From Hellea sp. (GTDB lineage Bacteria; Pseudomonadota; Alphaproteobacteria; Caulobacterales; Maricaulaceae), in the NCBI GenBank assembly GCA_020628635.1, contig JAHDEU010000001.1:1-35677 (forward strand): DNA of 35,677 bases, in the 5' to 3' direction. Positions 17,582 to 25,955 of this stretch are shown here, one piece after another (position 1 is the stretch's first letter; every line of letters starts with the position of its first letter). A model generated the notes under the pieces. It did not search any database, had not been told where the DNA came from, and worked only from the letters and a program-made list of their open reading frames with translations. Both the position numbers and the translations under genes were made by a program.

Positions 17582-19810
17582 GTGACGGGCGTGCAGACAT
17601 TGGACGAGGACATCCGCATCCCCGAAAGCACTTCGGAGGCTTCCAAGGGGGCTGCGGACCGTCTCCTTCTGGCCTTCATGCACCGCATCGACGAGATGGG
17701 ATACCGCGTACAGGGTCGCGCCTTGCTCAGCGGGCTCGGGCTGGACGGCGATCCAGTCGACCTGTCCGTGCTGGCGGAAATGGGCGGTCGGCTTGGCCTG
17801 TCGGTCAGGACATCCGCGTTCAAGCCGAGGCGGGGCGTTCCGGACCTCCCGGCGATCCTGCAACTCGGCGAAGAGCGTGCCCTGATCGTTTACGGGCTGG
17901 ACTCGGGCGGAATGGACGTCTTCGACCCCGTCACCATGGAACGCCGCATCGCCGACCCGGGCGAACTCATCGGCGGCACGCCCGCCACATGGGTCGAGGT
18001 CCGCGTCGATGACGATGTGCAAAGCACCGAACGAACCGATGTCGCGCGCCGCCGTGGCGCCTGGTTCTGGTCCACGCTGAAAGCGGCGCGCGGTCCCTAC
18101 CTCAAGGTCGTCATCGCCTCGTTCATCGTGAACACGCTGGCCGTCGCGGCCCCGCTGTTCTCGCTCAACGTCTATGACCGGGTCCTGCCGAATTCGTCCT
18201 TCTCCACGCTCTGGGTGCTGGCGATCGGCATGGCACTTGTTCTCGTGTTCGATCTGACCTTCCGGGCCTTGCGAGGCGTGGTCGTGGATGCAGCTGGGCG
18301 CTGGGCAGATGTGCGCCTGGCATCCGTCATCTACGACCATGTCCTGAGGATGGACCTCGCGGACAGTCCCGCGCGATCCGGGGAGTTTGCCAATCGTTTG
18401 CGGGAGTTTGAGACCGTGCGCGAGTTCTTCTCTTCCGCGACGGTCATTTCCCTGTTGGACCTGATTTTCGTGTCGCTCTTTCTCTACGTCATCTACCTCG
18501 TTGGTGGGCCGATGGTGTTCATCCCGATGGCAGCCGTTGTCGTGGTCCTGCTGCTGGGCATCATCGTCCAACCCATCATGCTCAAGAGTGTCCGGGACGT
18601 GCAGGAAGAAGCCGCGCTGAAGCACGGGCTGCTGATCGAGACCATCAACAGCCTGCCCACGATCAAGAGCCTCAACGCCGAAGACCATTTCCTGCGCCGC
18701 TGGCAGACCTATGTCGCCCGGACCGCCCGTTCTACGGAAAAGGTCCGCTTTGTGTCGCAAAACCTCATGAATGCGACGCTGTCCGTCCAGTTGGCAGTGA
18801 CGGTCGGCTTGATCGTTTACGGCGCCTATCTGTTCGATGCGGGCCTGCTGTCCATGGGCGGCATCATCGCCACGGTGATGCTGGCATCGCGCGCCATCGC
18901 TCCGCTGGCATCGATCGCCGGAACGCTCTCACGCCTGCAGCAATCGTTGGTCAGCCTCGGCAACCTCAACGACATCATGGTCGGACGAATGGAAAACGAG
19001 ACGGCGGATCTGGGCGTGTCCCGCTCGATCGGCACGGGCGACATCCTGCTCGACAATGTGGGCTACACCTATCCGGAATCCGAGGTGGCGGCGCTTGAGG
19101 ACATCAGCCTGCGCATACCTGCGGGCATGCGCCTGGGCATCATCGGCAAGGTCGGCGCGGGCAAATCGACGCTGGTCGGCCTGCTCGCCGGTCTCCACCG
19201 TCCCGGCGCGGGCACGGTGCGCATCGACGGGATCAATATAGAACAGATCCACACGCGCGACCTGCGCGACGGCTTGGGCCATGTCGGCCAGGATGTGTCG
19301 CTGTTCGCCGGAACGCTGCGCGACAATCTCGTCATGGGCATGCCGCATGTGTCCGACGCCGCCATTGTCGAGGCCGCAAAGATCACCGGCGCGGCCGAGT
19401 TCATCGACGCCCATCCAAAGGGATACGGCATGGAGATCGGGGAGCGTGGGCGCCGGCTTTCCGGAGGCCAGCGGCAGCTGGTCGCGCTGACGCGCACGCT
19501 GCTGCGCGAACCCGCGATCATCGTTCTGGACGAGCCGACCTCTGCCATGGACGTCGGCAGCGAAACCGTGTTTCTCGACAGGCTGGAAAAGGCAGTGGGC
19601 GCGCGCACGCTGATCGTGTCCACCCATCGTCACTCCGTCTTGCGGATTGTCGACCATCTCCTGGTTCTCGACAGGGGCAAACTCGCCGCCTTCGGTCCCA
19701 AGGACGATGTCCTCCATTTGCTCTCACGCCGCTCGCAGCAGAAAAACGGGTCTGAAGACGGCAAAGTCGTGCCACTGGCCACGGCCACGGCCAAGGCGGG
19801 ACCGGTCTGA
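17582..19810 (+). CDS. T1SS ABC transporter (LapB/LssB/HlyB-like) with N-terminal C39-like domain
   Basis: PLFSLNVYDRVLP, Walker A GKVGAGKST, signature LSGGQRQ, Walker B IVLDEPTSAMD. Confidence 0.94.
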   Translation: MTGVQTLDEDIRIPESTSEASKGAADRLLLAFMHRIDEMGYRVQGRALLSGLGLDGDPVDLSVLAEMGGRLGLSVRTSAFKPRRGVPDLPAILQLGEERALIVYGLDSGGMDVFDPVTMERRIADPGELIGGTPATWVEVRVDDDVQSTERTDVARRRGAWFWSTLKAARGPYLKVVIASFIVNTLAVAAPLFSLNVYDRVLPNSSFSTLWVLAIGMALVLVFDLTFRALRGVVVDAAGRWADVRLASVIYDHVLRMDLADSPARSGEFANRLREFETVREFFSSATVISLLDLIFVSLFLYVIYLVGGPMVFIPMAAVVVVLLLGIIVQPIMLKSVRDVQEEAALKHGLLIETINSLPTIKSLNAEDHFLRRWQTYVARTARSTEKVRFVSQNLMNATLSVQLAVTVGLIVYGAYLFDAGLLSMGGIIATVMLASRAIAPLASIAGTLSRLQQSLVSLGNLNDIMVGRMENETADLGVSRSIGTGDILLDNVGYTYPESEVAALEDISLRIPAGMRLGIIGKVGAGKSTLVGLLAGLHRPGAGTVRIDGINIEQIHTRDLRDGLGHVGQDVSLFAGTLRDNLVMGMPHVSDAAIVEAAKITGAAEFIDAHPKGYGMEIGERGRRLSGGQRQLVALTRTLLREPAIIVLDEPTSAMDVGSETVFLDRLEKAVGARTLIVSTHRHSVLRIVDHLLVLDRGKLAAFGPKDDVLHLLSRRSQQKNGSEDGKVVPLATATAKAGPV

Positions 19811-21102
19811 TGCGCGACGCCAGACACGCATCAAGCCGTCCCGACATCGGGCGTGCGGGCTGGGTTTTCACCCTCGCCACGCTGACCCTGCTGGGCGCGG
19901 GCGTGGCCTGGGCCTCCGTCGCGGAAGTCGAGGAGGTCACACGCGGAGATGGCCGCATCGTCCCAAGCTCCCGCATCCAAGTGGTTCAGAGCCTGGAGGG
20001 CGGTTTGCTGTCGCAGCTCCATGTCGAGGAGGGAATGCGGGTCCGCACCGGTGATCTCCTGCTGCAGATCGACGACACCCAATTTGCCGCCAGCGCGGAA
20101 GAGGTCGATGCCAAGCGCATGGCGCTGATCGGCAAGGTGGCGCGTCTGAACTCGGAAATCAGTGGTGCCGCACGCCTGCGCTTTCCCGATGGCTTTGCCG
20201 ACGACAACCCCGAAATCGCCCAATCGGAGACCCGGCTTTTCCAGGCACGCCGCACGGCCCTGTCCGGAGAGATCCAGACCTTGCGCGCGCGCGCGGAGCA
20301 ACGCCGCCAGGAGGGCGCGGAATTGCGCGCAACGGAGCGGCAGCTTCGCAACGAGATCGACCTGCTCGACAACGAGATCGCGCTCAATGCGACTGTCGCC
20401 GACATCGTTCCCGAGGCCGAGCGCCTGCGCCTTCGCAAGGAGCGCGAAACCCTGCTCGGCGAATTGGATGTCAGCCGGTCCGGACAGTCGCGCATCGATG
20501 CCGCCCTGACCGAGATAGACAGCCAGATCGGCCAGGCGCGGTCGCAATTCAGATCCGAGGCCCAGGGCCTTCTGACCGAGGCCGAGGCCGAACTGTCCGT
20601 CGTCATGGCGAGTTCGAAATCCACCGATGACCGGCTGGAGCGCTCGGGTCTGCGCTCGCCCGTGGACGGCATCGTCAATGCGATCCACGTCACAACGACA
20701 GGCGGGGTGATCGCTCCGGGCGAAGCCTTGGTCGAGATCGTGCCGGAAGGCGATACGCTGCAGATCGAAGCACGCATCCGGCCGCAGGACATTGCGTTCC
20801 TCGTTCCGAACCAGCCCGCGCGCGTGACGATCACGGCCTATGACTATTCGATCTATGGCGGCCTGTCGGGCCGGGTCGAACGCATCGGTGCCGACAGCCT
20901 GACGGACGAGGTGACGGGGGAGACCTATTTCCCGATCGACATCGTTGCCGATGCGGCCGGCATAAAGTCGGGCGGGGAGACCCTGCCCATCTCGCCGGGC
21001 ATGGTCGCCAGCGTCGACATCATCACAGGCGAAAAGACGATTCTGCAATATCTGCTGAAGCCGGTGCGCAAGGCGCGTTTCGAAGCGCTGCGTGAACGCT
21101 GA
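19810..21102 (+). CDS. T1SS membrane fusion protein (LapC/HlyD-like)
   Basis: GDGRIVPSSRIQVVQSLEGG, coiled coil, RSPVDGIV, AYDYSIYG, PGMVASVDIITGEKTILQYLLKP; TGATG coupling to the ABC gene. Confidence 0.95.
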   Translation: MRDARHASSRPDIGRAGWVFTLATLTLLGAGVAWASVAEVEEVTRGDGRIVPSSRIQVVQSLEGGLLSQLHVEEGMRVRTGDLLLQIDDTQFAASAEEVDAKRMALIGKVARLNSEISGAARLRFPDGFADDNPEIAQSETRLFQARRTALSGEIQTLRARAEQRRQEGAELRATERQLRNEIDLLDNEIALNATVADIVPEAERLRLRKERETLLGELDVSRSGQSRIDAALTEIDSQIGQARSQFRSEAQGLLTEAEAELSVVMASSKSTDDRLERSGLRSPVDGIVNAIHVTTTGGVIAPGEALVEIVPEGDTLQIEARIRPQDIAFLVPNQPARVTITAYDYSIYGGLSGRVERIGADSLTDEVTGETYFPIDIVADAAGIKSGGETLPISPGMVASVDIITGEKTILQYLLKPVRKARFEALRER

Positions 21103-21126
21103 ACGAAGTGACCAGGGGTAATCACT

Positions 21127-21813
21127 ATGGATCTGAGCATAATGACTGATGGTCGTGGCGATCACAGCGGACTGCCGCCGGACGGACGTCCGGACCCGGA
21201 CGTGTCCGCCAGGAACGAGATCTCGCACGAGCCCGTCCGCCCGCGCGTCATACAATATCAAGGCAAGCGCTACGGCATCCGCATGGAGGAATGTTTCTGG
21301 GACGTGCTGGAAAACGAAGCCCGCGCGCGCGGCTGCCGCCTCAACGAGCTCGTCCACGATACCTATAATGCGGAGGAGGCGCAGCGCAACAAGACGGCTT
21401 ACCTGCGAGAGCATGCAACGCGATGGCTGTCCGAGCAGCTCGAAGATGCGCGTCGGCAACTCGAGATGGATCGCAGCCAGATCATCAACATACTGAGAAT
21501 GACGCGGCGACCCGCCCTGCTGATCGAGAACAACCTGTGCGCCGCGCGTTTCAACAGCCCGTTTCGCGATTGGATCGGTGCCCGGACCCGGCTGGATCTT
21601 GACAAGGACCTCAGCCGCCTGCGCGTCAGTTTCCAGGCATCGCGCCGAGTCCTCGAAGAGAGGCTCCGCGACTCCGGTGGACTGAGCCGCGCCGAACCGG
21701 CTGCGATCCTCGTACCGGGCTTGGCCATTCCGTTGAAACTCGACATCACATTCCTGTCGGACAAGCCGTCCATGCCCCACATGCTGGCAGTCTTCCACAA
21801 CGCCGACGACTGA
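21127..21813 (+). CDS. Ribbon-helix-helix (RHH_4-like) DNA-binding protein with C-terminal PAS-like region
   Basis: GKRYGIRMEECFWDVLENEA...LNELV...NKTAYLR resembles the RHH_4 pattern. C-terminal PALLIENN..AARFNSPFRDWIG resembles a PAS N-cap. Lies 24 bp after hlyD. Confidence 0.7.
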   Translation: MDLSIMTDGRGDHSGLPPDGRPDPDVSARNEISHEPVRPRVIQYQGKRYGIRMEECFWDVLENEARARGCRLNELVHDTYNAEEAQRNKTAYLREHATRWLSEQLEDARRQLEMDRSQIINILRMTRRPALLIENNLCAARFNSPFRDWIGARTRLDLDKDLSRLRVSFQASRRVLEERLRDSGGLSRAEPAAILVPGLAIPLKLDITFLSDKPSMPHMLAVFHNADD

Positions 21814-22390
21814 CGACCTCTCTGTCGGGGTGTGAGAGCGGAAGGCACCCAACAGAAGAAAGGGGTATCGAGACATGTCCCCGGATGCAGCCAGGCGGTC
21901 AGCGCTTGAGCTCGTCGAAAAGGTTGACCCGTTCGCCGACCTTGGCCCCGATGCCGCGTGCATCATCTCGCTCGGTGTATCGAAGACACTCTCAGCCCCG
22001 GATCCTTGTATGCGAGCGTGTGTTTTTTCCACTTGCAATGCGAATCGCACTCAAAGCGGAGCGCTTGATGGGATGCTGGTGCCAGGACAGTATTGGGTGC
22101 GCGCCGAGCGCATGGGCTCTCGTGCGAAAGGCGGTGGGATGCGCACCGAGTCTGACAAGTCAGAGATGTGGGTCGAGTGGGCCGCTGCCGGCGTGTCGGG
22201 GCGCGGGGCTTTGACGGACGCAACGACCCCTCTATCGCGCTGGCATGGAACGTTGACGAACCGTCAGAGGTGATGCGTCGAAACCGGACGTCCGCCTTTT
22301 CCCGCCGCAGCGCAGGGGGCAGGCGCCTTGCAGTGTTTGCATCCGGTTGCAGTCCCTGCTGCTGGCCCGGTTGCCTGCCTCAGTCCTCGC

Positions 22391-23125
22391 CTATGTGCCC
22401 TTGAGCAGGACGGTGATGGAGCTCTCGATACCGTCGCGCGTGTTGTCGCGGCCCAAGGTCACGGCCTCGGGCGCCAGGCCGAAGCTGTTCAGCAGCTTGG
22501 TGAACTCGGCAGACGTCCATTCGCGAACATGGGCGGGATTGGCGGGCGGGCCGAGCGAGCCCGGCTCGCGCACCAGGGCGCGGTCGGGAGTGGACATGAA
22601 CGCGTAGCGCCATTCGTGGCGCGTCAACCGGAGCAGGCTGAGCAGGCGCTCCGGCCGGATCATATGCTCAATCACGTCCGAGCACACGACGATGCTGCCC
22701 CGCACGGTGGCGAGAAAGTTGGGCGCGGGCCGCTTGGCTTCCAGGTCGATCTCCCGCCACTCGCGGTCCGGCAGCCTTTCCCGGTTGGACTGTATGGTTT
22801 CGGGCACGTCGAAGCCGATCGTCCTCAGCGCTCCCATGTTGGCCAATTTGCGACCGGTTCCGCAGCCGAGATCGACGACATGCCCGCCGGTCCGGGCCGC
22901 AGTCCAAGCCGCCTGGATATAGATATCGGGCTGCCAGGTCAGGCCATCCTGCACTTCCCAGTCCATGTGCGGATCAGGCGAGGTATTGGAGACATACCCG
23001 TCTGGAAGAAAGTAGTCCTGCACGTCCGTTGGCTCCGCTTTGCCAGTCCAGGCCAAGGCATCAATCGGAAACTCGCGCTCCACGCTGCCTTGGCTGTGAC
23101 AGTCCACCGGAAACCGGCATTCCAT
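22391..23125 (-). CDS. Class I SAM-dependent methyltransferase
   Basis: Motif I VVDLGCGTG, SDVIEH, STP, NPAHVREWT; start uncertain. Confidence 0.88.
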   Translation of the reverse strand: MECRFPVDCHSQGSVEREFPIDALAWTGKAEPTDVQDYFLPDGYVSNTSPDPHMDWEVQDGLTWQPDIYIQAAWTAARTGGHVVDLGCGTGRKLANMGALRTIGFDVPETIQSNRERLPDREWREIDLEAKRPAPNFLATVRGSIVVCSDVIEHMIRPERLLSLLRLTRHEWRYAFMSTPDRALVREPGSLGPPANPAHVREWTSAEFTKLLNSFGLAPEAVTLGRDNTRDGIESSITVLLKGT

Positions 23126-23215
23126 CTAGACATAAAAACTGCGCCTGACTATAGGCTATGCCACGCCGGGTGGGACGGCAAATGTATTTATAGTTATCTA
23201 CAATTGGGGTGCAAA

Positions 23216-23389
23216 ATGACCGACAAGGACATCAAAGTGCTGGACGCTGCCGTGAAACTGGCATGCGCCGTGGTCGACAATCCGAGCTTCAACGCGCAGT
23301 TCGCGGAAACGCTGTCGCGCCGGACCGGAGAAGAAGATCCCGTGCTGATGTTCACGCGGTACTACTACAACCACCTGTCTGAGCTCTAA
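23216..23389 (+). CDS. 57-aa hypothetical protein
   Basis: MTDKDIKVLDAAVKLACAVVDNPSFNAQFAETLSRRTGEEDPVLMFTRYYYNHLSEL; GGGG RBS, strong GC3 bias, AT-rich upstream tract. It forms the tail of track ORF 22328..23389. Confidence 0.65.
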   Translation: MTDKDIKVLDAAVKLACAVVDNPSFNAQFAETLSRRTGEEDPVLMFTRYYYNHLSEL

Positions 23390-23455
23390 TCGCCCAGGCG
23401 ACGAGGATCCCATCCTCCCCCGGGCGCGTCATTCGCACCAGAAAGTCGAATACGC

Positions 23456-25897
23456 ATGTCACGGTGCAAATCAGCTTCCGTCATCGTCAACGGACACCGC
23501 GAGGGCGAGCTGCTGGCTCGCACGCTGCGTTCCGCCGTGGCCGCCAAACATGTGGCGGCGCGCGACAAGATCCGCATCAACATCCTGCTCGTGCTCGACA
23601 ATGCGGACAGTGCGACGCGGGCTGTTGCCAAGCGCTTCGGCGACGAGTTGGCGGCGGTGCACGAAGTCTCCTACCGCAATCTGGGCGACAGCCGGCAGCA
23701 CGGCGTGCGCGAGGCAAAGGATGACTGGCTGTTCTTTCTGGACGGCGACGACCTGATTTCCGACAATTGGTTCGCGGCCGCCGCCGCACATGCCAATGCC
23801 GACCGCCAGCGCAAGGCCACGGTCTATCACACAGAGCTGTTCGTGGGCTTCGATGCACAGGTCTTCTACCGGCGCGCCATGTCCACGGACGATCCGGAGT
23901 TCGACCCCTACGGGCTGATCTGCGACTGGTTCTTCTGCAACAACCTGTTCGTCCATCGCTCGATCCTGACCGACTGCCCGATCCAGCCCTACGACCACGA
24001 TGCGGGCTATGGTGCGGAGGACTGGCATTGGAGCTGCGAAACGACGGCGCGCGGCATCCGCCGAGATTTCGTTCCGGGCACGGCCTATTTCTACCGCATC
24101 AAACCGGCCGAGTTGAGCCTGGGCATGACCAGCGGCCTGATCCACAAGACGACCGAGCTCTTCTCCACGGACTATCTGGACCGCTACCGCTCGACGTTTT
24201 CCAAGAGCGCGACCAGCCGCGCCGAAGTGGCGGCGGAGCCCAAACTCGCGCGTTTCCGCCAATCGGTCCCGGCATGGTATTTCGAGCTGGCGGAGCGCGG
24301 CGCCATGATCGACGCGAAGATCACCGAAACCATCCGCTTCGCCCTGTCCAATCCGGCGGCCGCGAAGACGTTCCCGCCGCGCCTGCACTATGGCGCGGGG
24401 CTGTTCTACCGTTCCGTGATCGGCGGCTTCACCCGCGGCGAGAAGATCGGCATCTGGTGGGGCGCCAACCCGGCATCGGGCGGGGGCGCCCTGTTGCCCG
24501 ACATCGTTGCCATGACCCGCAAACATTTCGGCAAGTCACAGCAGATCGTCGTCATGAGCGAGCTGGACAGCTTCGAGAACCGCCGGCTGCAGGCTCTCTA
24601 CACCTCGGACGACGTGCTGATCGTCGATGCCAAGGACACGCTCGACCATATGAACATGCCAGACCACTATCTGGCAGCCGTGCTGATCCGGCTGTTCATC
24701 CAGTTCCGGTTCAAGGCAACGATCAACGTGGCCTCGACACTGTTGCCCGTGGCCGCGCAGACATACCCCAAGGCCTTGCGCACCGAAGCGCCGTCGACGC
24801 TGCACATCTTCCTGCAACGCGGGCTCGACCATTCCGACATGGAGCTGTCCCACATGCTGGGTTCGCTGCGCGCTTTCCGCATGCAGTCCAATTCGGGACT
24901 GGTTGCAACGGACCGGCTGGCGCGGCACGTTTCCGCACAGGCGGGCGTGCCGATCCGGGTACAGGCCGATCCACTTTTTGCGCAGATGGTGGAAGAGCGC
25001 CTGACGCCGGGCGGAACGCCGGGCAAGGCCGCATATCTGCCAGGGCCGGACACGCTCGCAGCGCTGCTGGATGTTCGCGCGCCCGCGTCGCGCGCGACGA
25101 CGTCCCAGCAACGCTACAAGCATACCGCGTTCGTTCTGCACGACGGCGGTGAGACGCAGCTCGCCGGACTGGAGCGGGCCATGGGCAGCGCCCTGGGCCA
25201 GGGCAAGCGGCCGACCCACCGCAACATCGTGATCACGGCCCAGCGCCATCTCGGCTCACTGCCTTTCGCGACCGAACCCTCGACGCGTTTCAAGGGCGGG
25301 CAGCGTTTCCGCGTTGCCGAGCACCCCAATATCGAAGTCCACGCGTTCGCATCGCTTTCGATCGGCGACGCACTGAAACTGATTGAGAAACGGACCGCTT
25401 CCAAGGATGTCCTGATTGCAAGCGCAAAAGCCGTGCCCAGTGCCGGTTTCCTCCAAAAGGCCTTCGGCATGGGCGCAAAGCCGAACAAGTCAGCGTCCGC
25501 CAGGACCAAGAAAGCATCCCGCGGCGGGGTCGGCATGCCGGCCTTCGTCCACTCCGTTCGCGGCCCGGTCTTCGACATATGCGACAGGCAGTCCATGCTG
25601 CACGGGGGCGATGCGACATCCATCCTGCTGGACACCACCTTGTCCATGGGCGCGTTGACGGCCTCGCCGGAATTCATCGCACGACTGGCGGAAAGGCAGG
25701 CGCTGTCATCGCTGCCTTTCACGTCCGACCTCTGCCTGCTCGTTCTCGCGGCCATGGCGGTGCATGACGAGGCGCTGAGCGTGTTGCCGGAGACGGTTGT
25801 GGGCACGCTGTCCCCGGCCGTTCTCACCATGGACCAGAGATTGCATGCGCTCGAAGCCTTGGCGTTGGACGAGCCGATGCTATCGGTTGCGGAATAG
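23456..25897 (+). CDS. Multidomain glycosyltransferase with N-terminal GT2 (GT-A) domain
   Basis: IVNGHREG, LVLDNAD, NLGDSRQHG, FLDGDD (DxD), EDWHW; about 550 aa of further divergent domains. Confidence 0.85.
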   Translation: MSRCKSASVIVNGHREGELLARTLRSAVAAKHVAARDKIRINILLVLDNADSATRAVAKRFGDELAAVHEVSYRNLGDSRQHGVREAKDDWLFFLDGDDLISDNWFAAAAAHANADRQRKATVYHTELFVGFDAQVFYRRAMSTDDPEFDPYGLICDWFFCNNLFVHRSILTDCPIQPYDHDAGYGAEDWHWSCETTARGIRRDFVPGTAYFYRIKPAELSLGMTSGLIHKTTELFSTDYLDRYRSTFSKSATSRAEVAAEPKLARFRQSVPAWYFELAERGAMIDAKITETIRFALSNPAAAKTFPPRLHYGAGLFYRSVIGGFTRGEKIGIWWGANPASGGGALLPDIVAMTRKHFGKSQQIVVMSELDSFENRRLQALYTSDDVLIVDAKDTLDHMNMPDHYLAAVLIRLFIQFRFKATINVASTLLPVAAQTYPKALRTEAPSTLHIFLQRGLDHSDMELSHMLGSLRAFRMQSNSGLVATDRLARHVSAQAGVPIRVQADPLFAQMVEERLTPGGTPGKAAYLPGPDTLAALLDVRAPASRATTSQQRYKHTAFVLHDGGETQLAGLERAMGSALGQGKRPTHRNIVITAQRHLGSLPFATEPSTRFKGGQRFRVAEHPNIEVHAFASLSIGDALKLIEKRTASKDVLIASAKAVPSAGFLQKAFGMGAKPNKSASARTKKASRGGVGMPAFVHSVRGPVFDICDRQSMLHGGDATSILLDTTLSMGALTASPEFIARLAERQALSSLPFTSDLCLLVLAAMAVHDEALSVLPETVVGTLSPAVLTMDQRLHALEALALDEPMLSVAE

Positions 25898-25955
25898 CGG
25901 GCACGAGAAAGCAGGCGAGGCAGGCCGGGTTTCGGCTGCCGGAAAGATACGATCC

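Noticed and set aside
16093-22050. Long minus-strand ORFs 16093..17823, 17378..18760, 19831..22050
   Set aside because: Shadows of the T1SS and RHH genes.
21875-22273. 132-aa plus ORF, and a TPP-riboswitch-like CTGAGA on the minus strand
   Set aside because: The ORF has atypical codon usage and no motifs; the downstream TPP core (GAACCTGAT...AGGGA) is absent.
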